DNA from: Squalus acanthias
Taxonomy: Eukaryota
Length of the DNA stretch: 64,000 bases
Direction: 5' to 3'
NCBI GenBank assembly: GCA_030390025.1
Contig: JASTWF010000033.1
Span: 5,086,001-5,150,000 of the forward strand
Shown here piece after piece: positions 1 through 11,840 of this stretch (within the stretch, counting starts at the first letter, position 1; every line of letters begins with the position of its first letter). The notes beneath the pieces are model-generated. The model had not been told where the DNA came from and ran no database searches. It saw nothing but the letters and a program-made list of their open reading frames with translations. The translations under genes and the position numbers were made by a program.

Positions 1-646
1 ATACGGAATGCTTGCCTTTATTAGCCGTGGTATAGAATACAAGAGCAGTGGGGTTATGCGTCAACTGTATAAAACACTAGTTAGGCCTCAGCTGGAGTAC
101 TGCGTGCAGTTCTAGTCACCACATTACAGGAAAGATTTGATTGCACTAGAGAGGGTACAGAGCAGATTTACAAGGATGTTGCCGGGTAGAGAATCTTAGT
201 TATGAGGAAAGACTGGATAGGCTGGCTCTGTTTTCCTTAGAACAGAGGAGGCTGAGGGGAGACCTTATTGACGTGTATAACATAATGAGGGGCCGAGATA
301 AAGTGTATAGAAATACCTATTTCCCTTAGCGGAGGTGTCATAAACGAGGGGGCACAGATTTAAAGTAATTGTTGGAAGATTAGAGGGGGTTTGACGGGAA
401 ATCTCATCACCCAGATGGTTGTTCAGGTGTGAGAACTCACTGCCTGAAAGGGTGGCAGAGTCAGGAACACTAACCACATTTAAAAAGTTCTTGGATGTGC
501 ACTTGGGATTCTCTAACCTGCAGTGCTATGGACCAAGAGCTGAGATGTCGGATTAGGTTGGATAGCTCTTTGTTGGCCGGCGCGGACATGATGGGCTGAA
601 ATGGCCTCCTTCCGTGCTGTGACGTTCTATGAGTCTATGATTCTAT
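1..646 (+). mobile_element. CR1-clade LINE 3' fragment (decayed ORF2 C-terminus + 3' UTR)
   Basis: Translates as GMLAFISRGIEYKS..RPQLEYCVQF*SPHYRKDLIALERVQ, the CR1 ORF2 C-terminus; ends in the CR1-type short tail ttctatgagtctatgattcta (~625-646). Confidence 0.9.
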
Positions 647-1674
647 TTGTCTGTCGTTCTATAGTCTGAACAAGCCCCAGAAATATAGATTTCCTCTTAA
701 AAGTTTAGTGGAGTGTTAGTAGAAACAAGAACTCTAAACTGATGTATGAAAATGTAGGAAGCTACTTTAGGAGAAACCATTATTTGTATATTGAGAAAGA
801 CGAACAAAATACTTTGATTAAACTGATAATGTACAATTTAGAATTAGTTTAAATGTTTGAATAAGAAGATTAAAAATTGAGAGCACAGTGAAGTTTGTTT
901 CCAGCTATTTAATTGGGAAGTACCTAAAATAATTCAACACTTTTCGTGATAAGAGCAGGGATTAATATTGTGGAGAATGTTTGAGAGAAAAAACATTGGA
1001 AGCAAAATTTGTAAATTTACATGTTTACGTCAACATATTAGTAAATCCTTCCAAGTCAGTCTGATTGTTCTCTTGTCCAGGCAGAATGATGAATATTTAT
1101 TTGTGTTAAATCATAGCTTTTCCTGCTGTTTGTTTTTAATCAGTGTGTTTTTCTGCACTTGTGAATAAGTGCTGCATTTCTGACATGTTACATGGGGGGT
1201 GTGTGCTGTTTCAACAAGACCACATTTATTAATGGAAGTGATTGATGTTGGAAATACGTTCAATTTGTTCAATTATTTTCAATACTGTGAACTAAAGAAC
1301 TACAACACTTTATATTTGTTGGTTGTCTTGTTGCATTGTGATTAATATTCTAATGACATAGCTGGACGTAAAGCACGTCAGCGCCATAGGAAAAGCCGCT
1401 GCTCCTGCTGCTTGTGCAGCCATTTCTATAGTGACATGAGGGATGGGCTAATACGTTGAAAACCTTAAAATTAATACAAATTGCACGAATAGATCTGCCT
1501 CATTCAGATCACCTTGGGCTTTTGGATTGTTTGTCGATGTGTAACTGAGTGACGTTTCTGAATGTTAATTCATTATTCTGCAGTTCTTATTTATCCCAGT
1601 AATTTCTGACAAGGATGTATTTAAATAGAGTTTGTACATGACCAACTAAAAGCTTTTAATTAATTCTACCATAA

Positions 1675-1955
1675 ACAAACTTGCAGAATGGGCTGCAAAT
1701 GACAACTTAATTTCAATATGGGTTAGTGTGAGGTGATGCATTTTGGTGGCAAGAATAAGGACTCCAGCTACTCCTTGGAAAATAAGTGTCTAAATGGGGC
1801 AGAGGTGCAAGGGATCTAGGGGTATAGATTCACAAATCATCAGAAGTAGCAACTAAGGTTAAAAAGCCATAAAAGTGCAAATAAAGCACGGGGTAATTTA
1901 TAGAGGAACGTATTTCAAAAGCAGGGAAGTAATGTTAAACATGCAGAACCTTGTA
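1675..1955 (+). mobile_element. highly decayed CR1-like LINE fragment
   Basis: gcagaatggg...tgtgaggtgatgcattttggtggcaagaataagg matches the CEVMHFG region of other LINE copies in the window (e.g. ~16590-16860). Confidence 0.65.
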
Positions 1956-2164
1956 TGATTGTCTCATGATTTGAGACGGTGGGGTGACAATATCTTATTA
2001 CTGTATATATGATTTTAACTGGTTGCTGTTGCTGCCGTTGTTGTAAAAGTTGCTTTTCTAAAAGTTGTTCCAAAATTTGTTGTTGTAAAACTTGCCCGCG
2101 GACGAAAATGTCGCTCAAAGGAGTTCGTGGCAGCTCAGAACAAAAACATTCGGGGGAACAGTGG

Positions 2165-2580
2165 TGGGGAGGAGCTGAGGATATTAGGTGGGGTGGGGAT
2201 GAGCTGAGGATATTAGGTGGGTTCAGGAGGAGCTGAGGATATTAGGTGGGGTGGGGAGGAGCTGAGGATATTAGGTGGGGTGGGGAGGAGCTGAGGATAT
2301 TAGGTGGGGTGGGGAGGAGCTGAGGATATTAGGTGGGGTGGGGAAGGGGCTGAGGATATTAGGTGGGTTGGGGAGGAGCTGAGGATATTAGGTGGGGTGG
2401 GGAGGAGCTGAGGATATTAGGTGGGGTGGGGAGGAGCTGAGGATATTAGTTGAGGTGAGTTGGAGCTGAGGATATTAGATGTGGTGTGGAGGACTGAGGA
2501 TATTAGGGGGTGTGGGTAGGAGCTGAGGATATTAGGTGGGGTGGGGAGAAGCTGAAGATATTAGGTAGGGTGGGGAGGAG
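2165..2580. repeat. 29-bp G-rich minisatellite, ~14 copies
   Basis: Unit GAGGATATTAGGTGGGGTGGGGAGGAGCT, period 29 (e.g. 2177, 2206); degenerates towards 2580. Confidence 0.95.
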
Positions 2581-2894
2581 TTTAGAATGTTCGATGCATA
2601 AATAGATATCGAAAGTCTCAAAGTGAGGCTGAAGCAAACAGGAGAGCAGTTCTGTTACTTGAAATAAATGATATCCTAACCAACTTCTTAGAAAAGCAAT
2701 AGTACAAAGTGACAAGCCAGGAGTTTACTCTGCAATACATACTTAGATTTTCTGATAAAATTCCAAAACCACAAACAGTTTTAGATGGCTTCCTTTATTA
2801 ATTATTATTCTTTTTTGTTCAATACACTGATGAGTTCCATCAAATATTGAAGAGACATTTCTCTACATCACATCTCACAATAGACATTAGAGAA

Positions 2895-3325
2895 CCTGCA
2901 GACAGCGCATTTAAGTGGCAAATGAAGTTTAACATCGATGAATGCGAGGTGATGCACTTTGGTAGGAAAATAGCAACGTCATGAGGGTAGTGCGGTTGAT
3001 GTTGTGTTTATGGACTTTCAAAAGGCGTTTGACAAAAACCACATGATATACGTGATCATAATATTGTAGCCCATGGGATTATTGGGACAGGGCAGCATGG
3101 ATACCAAATTGGCTGAGGGTCAGAAAGCAGAGAGTAGTGGTGACGGGTTGTTTTTCACACTGGAGTGAAGTATACAGAGGTGTTCCTCAGGGGTCGCAAT
3201 TCGGACCAGTGCTCTCTTTGATATATTTTAACGACCCAGAGTTGTGTATGCAGGGCATTGAAACTCGGAAATGTAGTACACAATAAGGAGGATAGTAAAA
3301 GATTTCAGGAGGACGTAGACTGACT
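2895..3325 (+). mobile_element. rearranged CR1 RT-domain fragments
   Basis: VDVVFMDFQKAFDK, GVPQGS-like and CEVMHFGRK motifs, broken by indels. Confidence 0.75.
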
Positions 3326-3329
3326 GGTC

Positions 3330-3420
3330 AAGAAGAGATCATAAGATATAAGAGCAGGGGTTGGCCATTCGGCCCTTCGATCCTGCTCCACCATTCAATA
3401 CGATCATGACTGACCTTCGG
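3330..3420 (-). mobile_element. short CR1/HE1-type 3' tail fragment
   Basis: gagcaggggttggccattcggcccttcgatcctgctccaccattcaatacgatcatg matches the reverse complement of the CR1 3' end seen at ~6910-6965. Confidence 0.7.
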
Positions 3421-4033
3421 TTAAATGTCATTCATACAACACCTTCCAACTGACCCTCATTCCTGCCTATAAAGTTATCTCCTTACTCAGTTTATTGGCA
3501 CATTTTGCATTAAAACAATAAAATATCATTGGAGCGGAAAGGAAGACCCTAAATGCCAAAATAATTTGGCTGTGTCTTTACTCTTATAAACTGTTCCTCA
3601 GGCTGGAGGGTCTGAGAGCTTCATAGAAGTCCCTGACATGATCCTACACTTCTCTGATGGCGTTGCTTTCCGAATCCAGTTCATTTGCTGACAGCATAAC
3701 CCGAACTCTGATTCAATTCGGAAGACACTTCACAGATTCCATTTAACACAGAGAATTGTGAAGTGAAAAATGAGAAGGGGCAATGTGAACTAAATGGTAC
3801 CATTTGAAAGGAAGTGAAGAACAGAGGGACCAATGCATGTATGTACCCTAATCGTTGAAGACGGCCGGGTAATTTGAGAAGTATGTTAATAAAGCATACG
3901 GGATCCTTCGCTTTATTAATAAGCAGCAGAGTACACAAGCAAGGAAGTTATGTGAAAACTTTATAAAGCACTGATTAGGCTGCAGGTCGAGTACTGTGTC
4001 CAATTCTGGGCACCACACTTTAGGAAAATGTTA

Positions 4034-4454
4034 ACATAGAATCTAGGAGCAGGAGTAGGCCATTCGGCCCGTCGAGCCTGCTCCACCATTCAATACGATC
4101 ATGGCTGATCATTCAAATCCAGTACCCTGTCCCTGCTTTAATCCCCACAGTACACATATCCCACCCTACCCCCGTAACCCCACGTATTTAATTCCCCCTA
4201 ACATATCCCATCCTATCCCCATAACCCCACATCTTTATTCCCCCCCTAACACTAAGGGTCAATTTATCATAGCCAAATCAACCTAACCCGCACATTTTTG
4301 GACTGTGGGAGGAAACCGGAGCACCCGGAGGAAACCCACGCAGACACGGGGAGAATGTGCAAACTCCACACAGACAGTCACCCGAGGTCAGATTCGAACC
4401 TGGGTCACTGGCGCTGTGAGGCACCAGTACTAACCACTATGCCACCGTGTTGCC
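4034..4454 (-). mobile_element. tRNA-derived V-SINE (HE1-like) with CR1/HER1-type 3' tail
   Basis: Minus-strand head GGCAACACGGTGGCATAGTGGTTAG with Pol III A box (4434-4444) and B box GGTTCGAATC (4391-4400); V-SINE core GTTTGCACATTCTCCCCGTGTCTGCGTGGGTTTCCTCCGGGTGCTCCGGTTTCCTCCCACAGTCCAAA; the 3' ~80 bp match the LINE 3' end. Confidence 0.9.
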
Positions 4455-4490
4455 ACCGTCAAAGCCTTGGAGTGTGTGCAGAAGAGATTT

Positions 4491-6988
4491 GGCAGTCATC
4501 ATGGGTGACTTTAATCTACATATAGATTGGGCTAACAAAATTAGAAACAATACTGTGGAGGAGGAATTCCTGGAGTGTTTACGGGATGGTTTCCTGGAGC
4601 AATATGTCGAACAACCAACCAGAGAGCAGGCAATCTTAGACTGGGTATTATGTAATGAGAAAGAATTAAGTTGCAATCTTGTTGTGCGAGGTCTCTTGTG
4701 TCGGAGCGATCATAATATGATAGAATTCTTCATTAAGATGGAGAGTGAAGTAGCTGACTGAGACACCAGAGCCCTGAATTTAAATAAAGGAAACTACGAT
4801 GGTATGAGGTGCGAGTTGGGTAGGATTGTTTGGGGAATGTCACTCAAAGGGTTGACGGTGGATAGGCAATGGCAAACATTCAAAGATCGCATGGATAAAC
4901 TACAGAATTTGTTCATCCCAGTTTGGCATAAGAATAAAACAAAAAAGGTGACTCAACCGTGGCTAACAAGGGAAATTAGGGAAAGCATAACATCCAAGGA
5001 GAGGACATATAAATTGGCCAGAGAAAGCAGTAAACCTGAGGATTGAGAGCAGTTTAGGATTCAACAAAGGAGGACAAAGGGATTAATTAAGAAGGGGAAA
5101 ATAGAATATGAGAGGAAGCTTACAGGGAACATAAAAACTGACTGTAAAAGCTTTTATATATATGTGAAGAGAAAAAGATTGGTGAAGTCAAGCATAGGTC
5201 CCTTGCAGTCAGAATCAGGGGAACTTATAATGGGAAACAAAGAAAGAATACATATTTTGGTTCTATCTTCACAAAGGAGGACACAAATAACCTCCCAGAG
5301 ATGTCGGGGAAAATAGAGTCTGATGAAAGGGAGGAACTGAAAGAAATCAGTATTTGTAGGGAAATGGTGTTCCGGAAATTGGTGGGATTGAAGGCCGATA
5401 AATCCCCAGGGCCTGATAATCTACATCCTAGGGTACTTAAGAAAGTGGCCCTAGAAATAGTAGATGCATTGCTGATCATCTTCCAACATTCGATGGAATC
5501 TGGAACAATACCCATGGATTGGAGGGTAGCTATTTTACCCAACAATTCAAAAAAGGTGGTAGAGAAAAAACGGGGAATTATCGACCGGTAAGCCTGACAT
5601 CGATAGTGGTGGAAATGCTAGACTCCATTATAAAAGATGAAAAAGCAGAGCACTTGGAAAACAGTGACAGGATCGGGAAAGTCAACATGGATTTACAAAA
5701 GTTAAATCGTGCTTGACTAATCTACTGGAATTTTTTGAGAATGTAACTGGTAAAATAGATAAGGGAGAACCAGTGGATGTGGTGTATTTGGACTTTCAAA
5801 AGGCTATCGATAAGGTCCCGCATAAGAGGTTAGCCTGTAAATTTAAGGCACATGGGATTAGGGGCAAGGTATTGACTTGGATAGAGAACTGGCTGGCAGA
5901 CATTAAGCAAACAGTTGGAATAAACGGGTCTTTTTCCGAGTGGCAGGCTGTGACTCGTGGGGTACCGCAGGGATGGGTCCTTGGACCCCAGCTATTCACA
6001 ATATATATTAATGATCTAGACAAGGGAACTAGATGTAATATCTCCAAGATTGCAGACGACACAAAGATGTGTTGGCGTGTGTGCTGTGAGGAGGATGCCG
6101 AGAAATCCAGGATGATTTGGATAGGTTGGGTGATTAGGCAGAAGCATGGCAGATGCAATATAACGTGGATAAATGCGAGGTTATTCACTTTGGTGTCAAA
6201 AACAGGAAGGCAGATTATTATCTGAATGGCAATAGATTGGCAGGAGGGGAAGTGCAACGAGACCTGGTTGTCATTGTGCACAAGTCGCTGAAAGTAAGCA
6301 TGCAGGTGCAGCAGGCGTTTAAGAAGGCAAATGGCATGTTGGCCTTCGTAGCGAGAGGGTTTGAGTACAAGAACAAAGATGTCTTGCTGCAGTTGTACAG
6401 GGCCTTGGTGAGACCACATCTTGAGTATTGTGTGCAGTTTTGGTGGCCTTATCTGAGGAAGGATGTTCTTGCCATAGAGGGAGTTCAGCGAAGATTCACC
6501 AGAATGATACCTGGGATGGCAAGAATGACGTATGAAGAGAAATTGGGTCGATTGGGCTAATACTCGCTGGAGTTCAGAAGAATGAGAGGGGATCTCATTG
6601 AAACTTATAAAATTTTGAAAGGACTGGACAGACTAGATGCAGGAAGGATGTTTCCGATGGTCGGGGAGTCCAGAACCAGGGGTCACAGTCTAAGGATGAG
6701 TGGTAAGCCATTTAGGACATAAATGAGGAGGAATTTCTTCACCCAAAGAGTGATGAACATGTGGAACTCTGCACCACAGACGGCAGGAAAGGCCAATTCA
6801 TTAAATATATTCAAGAAGGAGTTGGATATATTTGTTAAGTCTAAAGGGATCAAGGGATATGGGGAGAAAGCAGGGACCGGGTTCTGAATTTGAATGATCA
6901 TCCATGATCTCATTGAATGGTGGAGCAGGCTAGATGGGCCGAATGGCCTACTCCTGCTCCTATCTTCTATGTTTCTATGTTTCTATGT
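4491..6988 (+). mobile_element. 5'-truncated CR1 (HER1-like) LINE; ORF2 pseudogene (APE C-terminal half + RT)
   Basis: IMGDFNLHIDW..SDHNMIEF (APE), KSPGPDNLHPRVLK, VYLDFQKAIDKVPH, GVPQG, IADDTK; several frameshifts and stops; tail (TTTCTATG)n at ~6966-6988. Confidence 0.95.
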
Positions 6989-7459
6989 ATTTACTAGAAT
7001 GGTACCAAGGATAAGCAACTTCAGTTATGTGGATAGACTGGAGAAGCTGGGGTTGTTCTGATTAGAGCAGCGAAGGTTAAGAGGAGATTTGATAGAGGTG
7101 TTCAAAAGCCTAAATAGATTTAATACAGTAATTAAGGAGCAAATGTTCCCAGTGGCAGTGGGGTTGGTAACCAGAGGACACAGATTTAATGTGATTGGCA
7201 AAAGAACCAGAGACAACATGAGGAGGATTTCATTTTACACAGCGAGTTGTGATCTGGAATGCATTGCCTGAAAGGGTGGTGGAACCTCGTTCAATAGTAA
7301 CTTTCAACGGGGATTTGGGAAAAAATACTTCAAGTAAAAACATACAGGGGAAAGTGCAGAGGAGTGGAATTAATTGGATAGCTCCACCAAAGAGCCGGCA
7401 CAGGTACGGTGGGCCGAATGGCCTCCTTCTGTGCTGTATCATTCCATGATTCTATAATC

Positions 7460-8645
7460 ACCGAGACCTTAGAAAATAAGAAACTGAACGTGGCAGAAGA
7501 GCAAAGGGTTTTAGGGCTACAGGTGACAAAATAATTAAAAGCAGTATCACAGGAGAGCAAAGCAAATAAAATGCTAACAGGGAATTGGGGTTTATTTCTA
7601 AGGCGATACAGTTCAAAAGAAGTGAAGTTGGCCAATGGTGGAAAGGGGCGTTTCACAAGGATCGGCGCTGGGAACACTTTTGTTCACCATTTACTTAAAT
7701 AATGAAGACTCAGGAATCAGAAGTGCAATTTCAAACATTATGGATGCCACCCAAATGGAGGTTTATACTTAATACAGAGGCGGACTGCGACAAAATACAG
7801 GAAGAATTGATTAAACTGGCAAAATGGGCGTGTAACTGGCAAATGAACCTCATATAGAGAAATGTAGGTAGTGCATTTTAAGAGGAAGAACACGGGGGTC
7901 ACATACTCCTTGGAAAATAAGTTCTAAACGGGGTTGAGGGACAGAGGGATGTGAGGATTTGGTTACATAAATCACTAAAAGTTGCAATGCAGGTTGATAA
8001 GGCCATAAAAACAAAGAAAGCACTAGGGTTCATTTCTAGAGGGATGGAGTTGTAAAGCACAGAAGTTATGTTAAACTTGTATGGAACTTTGGTCAGACCA
8101 CACTTGGAGTACTGTGAACATGGTAGCAATCTTATAAAAAGGACATAGAGGGACTGGTGAAGGTACAAATAGTATTTACTAGAATGATACAAGAACTGAG
8201 ACGTTATACCTGTCAGGAAAGACTGAACAGGTTGGGGCTCTTTTCTTTAGAAAAGAGAAGATTGACTGATGATCAGTTAGAGTTGATTACGATTTTCAAA
8301 GTGTTCGATATGGTAGATTAGAGAATATGTTTCCACTTTCAGGAGAGATCCAGAACTCCGTGCCATAGAATTAAGATATTCATTAATAAATCTAATAGGG
8401 AATTCAGGAGAAATCTTTTTTGCCAAATCAGTTGTCAGGATGTGGAACTCGCTACCACAAGGAGCAGTCGATGCGAATAGCATAGACACATTTTAAGAAG
8501 AGCGAGATAAGCACATGAGGGGCAAAGGAATATAACGTTATATTGACTGGGCTAGGAGAAGGAGGGTGGGTGAAGCCTCGTTTGCTGCATGGACACCAAC
8601 ATGGACATTTTGGGTCGAACGATCTGTCTCTGTGCTGTAAATAAT
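7460..8645 (+). mobile_element. decayed CR1-like LINE 3' portion(s)
   Basis: LVRPHLEYC-like and RMWNSLPQ motifs; 3' UTR similar to 9900-10045 and 32218-32360. Confidence 0.75.
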
Positions 8646-8770
8646 TTGTAAATTGTATTCAACTTGTATAGGACCCGGGTCAGGTCACACTTAGAGAACT
8701 ATGCAGAGTTATGGTCTCCATAATATAAAAAGGACATAGAAGTACTGGAGAAAGTGCAAAAAAATACTTA

Positions 8771-9557
8771 CAACATCAACTTCTTGTATTTATATAGCGC
8801 CTTTAACATAGCAAAATGACCCAAGCAATTCACAGGAGCGTTACTGAACAAAACCTGACCTCGAGTCACATAGTATTAGGAAAGATGACGAAAAGCTTCG
8901 TCAAATATGTAAATTTTAAGCAGCATCTTGAAGGAGGAGGGAGATTTAGAGAAGCAGAGAGGTTTAGGGAGGGGATTCCAGAGCTTAGGGACCAGGCAGC
9001 TGAAAGCACAGCCGTCCATGGCTGAGCGGTTAAAATCGGGGATGTGCAAGAGGCCAGAATTAGAGTAACACAGAGAACTCGGGATTGTTGAGGGGCTGGT
9101 GGAGCTTGCAGAGGTAGGGATTTGAAACAAAGGATGATTATGTTAAAATGGAGGCATTGCCGGAAGGGGAGTAACTCTAGGTCAGCGAACACAGGGTTGG
9201 TGGTTTACCGGGATTTGGTGTTGGTTAGGTTACGGGCAGCAGAGCTTTGGATGAGCTCAAGTTATGGAGGGTGGGAGATGGGAAGCCGGCCAGGAGAGAG
9301 TTGGTGTTATCAAGTCTAGAGCTACCAAAGCCATGGATGATGGTTTGAGAATCAGATGAGCTGAGGCAGGGGCGAAGTTCGGCGATGTTACGGAGGTGGA
9401 AGTAAGCCGTCCTGGTGATGGAGTGAATATCCGGTCGGAAGATCATCCCGTGGTTAAATACGACACCAAGGTTGCAAACAGCAAACTGGTGCTAAGGAGA
9501 GGGATGGAGTCGGCGGCTTGGCAACGGAGTTTGTGAAGGGGGCCAATAGCTTCGGTC
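8771..9557 (-). mobile_element. L2-clade LINE 3' fragment
   Basis: ORF 9225-9446 reads ITRTAYFHLRNIAELRPCLS..SRLDNTNSLLAG (typical L2 C-terminal region), followed by PKLWNPLP; 3' end appears on + as tttatatagcgccttt next to a short AAC-rich tail. Confidence 0.85.
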
Positions 9558-9559
9558 TC

Positions 9560-10045
9560 ACACATATTTAGTTGGATGGCACCAGAATTGAAAGATTGCA
9601 GCTATCGAGAAAGATTGAAGAGGTTGGGCCTTTCTGCTAGAGAAGAGAGAGGACTGTGATGAGGGCTGATAGAGATCTTGAAAATTATTAACGGGTTGGA
9701 CAGGGTAGATGTGGAGAGAATGTTTACACTTGTGGGTGAATGCAACACTTGGCGTCATAAATACAAGATATTTACTAATAAATTCAATTGGGAAATAAGG
9801 AGCAATTTCTTCACTCAGAGAGTGGTTAGAATGTGGACCTCACTACCACAGGAAGTGGTTGTGGAAAATAGCTTAGATTCTTTCAGAATGCAACTAGACG
9901 AGTAAATGAGAGAAAAGGGAATAGAAAGATATTCTGAGAGCTGAGATGAGGTAGATGCAATGAGAGGAGACTGGTGTGGAGCAAAAACGCCAGCACAGAC
10001 TGATTGGGCCGAATGGCCTGTTTGTGTGCTGTATATTCCATGTGA
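9560..10045 (+). mobile_element. CR1-like LINE 3' fragment (probably continues 8655-8770 across the L2 insertion)
   Basis: KIINGLDRVDVERMF..NFFTQRVVRMWTSLPQ; 3' end gggccgaatggcctgtttgtgtgctgt. Confidence 0.8.
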
Positions 10046-10305
10046 TATAATCCTCTGAACTGCAGCTCCGCTCTGTCTGCCCACCTATTGACGAGGCTCT
10101 TAATCTGGAAGCGACGAATGAATTGCTGCCCTCAATCCCTGAAGGGACTCTATACAGAAGAGCTCAGAGTGAAAGCAGCAAACTAGTGGTCCTGTCCCGA
10201 AAGACAATGTGGGAAATGTCAGTCAGAAACAGTGCCGAGTCCTAAACACAGTGCTCGCCCCGCCGCTGGCTGTATGTTCAGATCTCCAGCAATTGCTGGT
10301 GTAAT

Positions 10306-11291
10306 TCAGTGGGTGGCAGTCTGGGGCTGAATATTACATACCGTGGCTGGAAACACTGGGAGCCGCCTCTGGGCTGCGCTCAGTTGTTTCTGATTATTAA
10401 TGAATTGAATAATTGCGGTAAGTGGATATTTCACCGCCCTCTTCACCTGCTCTCTGAACTTGGACTGGGTCACCCCATAAATAAATGTGTTTGTGCAGCA
10501 ACTTAAATTCACCAGCATAAATCCGACTCGTTGAAAGATAAATAAAGAACCAGTGTAATATTTGGGATTTGTTCCTGCAATGTTATAATATAAGAAATTT
10601 ATAACATAGACCAGCCACAGCAGTATGAAGCTGCCGGATATGGTGAAGAGTAAAATCACAGACTTCCTTCTGCTCTCCATCTCTGGGTCTCTGCCATTCT
10701 CTCCCTTGCTCTCACCCCTCAGTCCCTTACGGACCCGACTGGCCACTAAAATGTGTCTGACTGTCAGAGCGTTGAGCAACAGAATTAAAGCGAATGGGAG
10801 CAATGGGGTTAAAACCGAATCAAACCAGTCAAATCCCACCCAGCCGGGCTCAGTATAATAGTTTGGGATTGTGACACAGAACCACGGCACATTGTCGATT
10901 ATCCTCCTGGGTTGAAATGTAAAGTAGAAGGGAACGTTTCTTAAAAAGAGCAGAATGCCGGTTGTTGCCAGAACCACAGCCGCAGTTTTCTTGGTGCAAT
11001 ATTTAGTTTTCAGCTTCTGGCAACAAATGGCCACAAATCGATCAAAGGTGAAAGTGACGGTGAACCAGACAGAACAGTCTGTGGCTGCAGCGGTCAGGAC
11101 AAAGATCACACTACACACAGGGGTGATGTGCAGGAAAGACCATGGGAAATAATGCCATCTCATCCTCCGCAGTATGACCTCAGTGACAATGAACAGGAGA
11201 TCCGCCGCTGCCATGGCCACCAGGTAGCGAGTGGTGCAGGTGGAGAGCCCGCACTTTCCCCGGGACAGGATCACAATCGCCAGCAAATTCA
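10306..11291 (-). CDS. GPR139-like class A orphan GPCR, exon 2 (end of TM1 to C-terminus)
   Basis: Intact frame with TM2 YLVAMAAADLL, TM3 C..TFDRFVAIC, TM5 PLLPFALILLLN, TM6 SFILLW, TM7 NTFIY; polypyrimidine tract and acceptor TCTCTTTTCCCTTCTGTGTTTTACAG|TG at 11292/11291 (phase 1). Family assigned from recalled motifs, not from a search. Confidence 0.9.
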
Positions 11292-11365
11292 CTGTAAAAC
11301 ACAGAAGGGAAAAGAGACTGGAAATTACTGATCACACATTCTCCGTGTCTGATCCCAGACAGTAA

Positions 11366-11798
11366 GGGCTGGATTTTAACACCCCAAAAAACCGGCGGGT
11401 TGGGGTCGGGTCGGAGGTGAAAATTTTAAAGACTTTCACGACACTAACCCGCCTCCAACCCGCCCGCTTCCGAGTTTAACCCCCGGGACCGGTCAAACCC
11501 CAGAGTCCGTGACCGGACACACCGCGGGATCAGACGCCCCATCCAACCTAGTTTCTTCTATTGGACCGACCTGGTCCTGCTCCGGAGTCTCCCCACCCCA
11601 TCCGACTGGAAGCCCGACTCTCCATTAGGCTGAATTCCGGGGTGGGGAACCAGTCAAGGACAAAGGACGTACGCTGTGGAGTTAAGACCCTCCAACGTCC
11701 GGGAATACCTGGACTTCCTGTTATCCTGTCTGATATTACGCATCCACCCCGTACGCTCCGGCCATCTTACATGACCCGCCTTTGTTAATATCCAGGAA
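11366..11798. mobile_element. candidate non-autonomous DNA transposon (MITE)
   Basis: Imperfect inverted termini CTGGATTTTAACA (11369-11381) / TGTTAATATCCAG (11783-11795), plus subterminal GGCGGGT / ACCCGCC; GC-rich interior; no clean TSD. Confidence 0.55.
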
Positions 11799-11840
11799 GT
11801 ATATGAAACAATCCAAAATACTGAGACTGCTGTAAATCAG

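Larger units (their letters stand above)
3730..7455 (+). mobile_element. older CR1 3' fragment split into three pieces (~3730-4030, ~4457-4490, ~6989-7455) by a SINE and a younger LINE
   Basis: The pieces rejoin as ...EYCVQFWAPHFRK | KALECVQKRF | TRMVP..., collinear with the unsplit related copy at 15706-16026 (-); tail attccatgattcta near 7441-7454. Confidence 0.8.

Noticed and set aside
2009..2236. Cys-rich 75-aa ORF resembling metallothionein or keratin-associated proteins
   Set aside because: It arises from low-complexity TGT/TGC sequence and runs into the minisatellite; no other support.
4380..4454. tRNA-like A/B boxes
   Set aside because: This is the head of a SINE, continuous with the V-SINE core and LINE-derived tail, not a tRNA gene.
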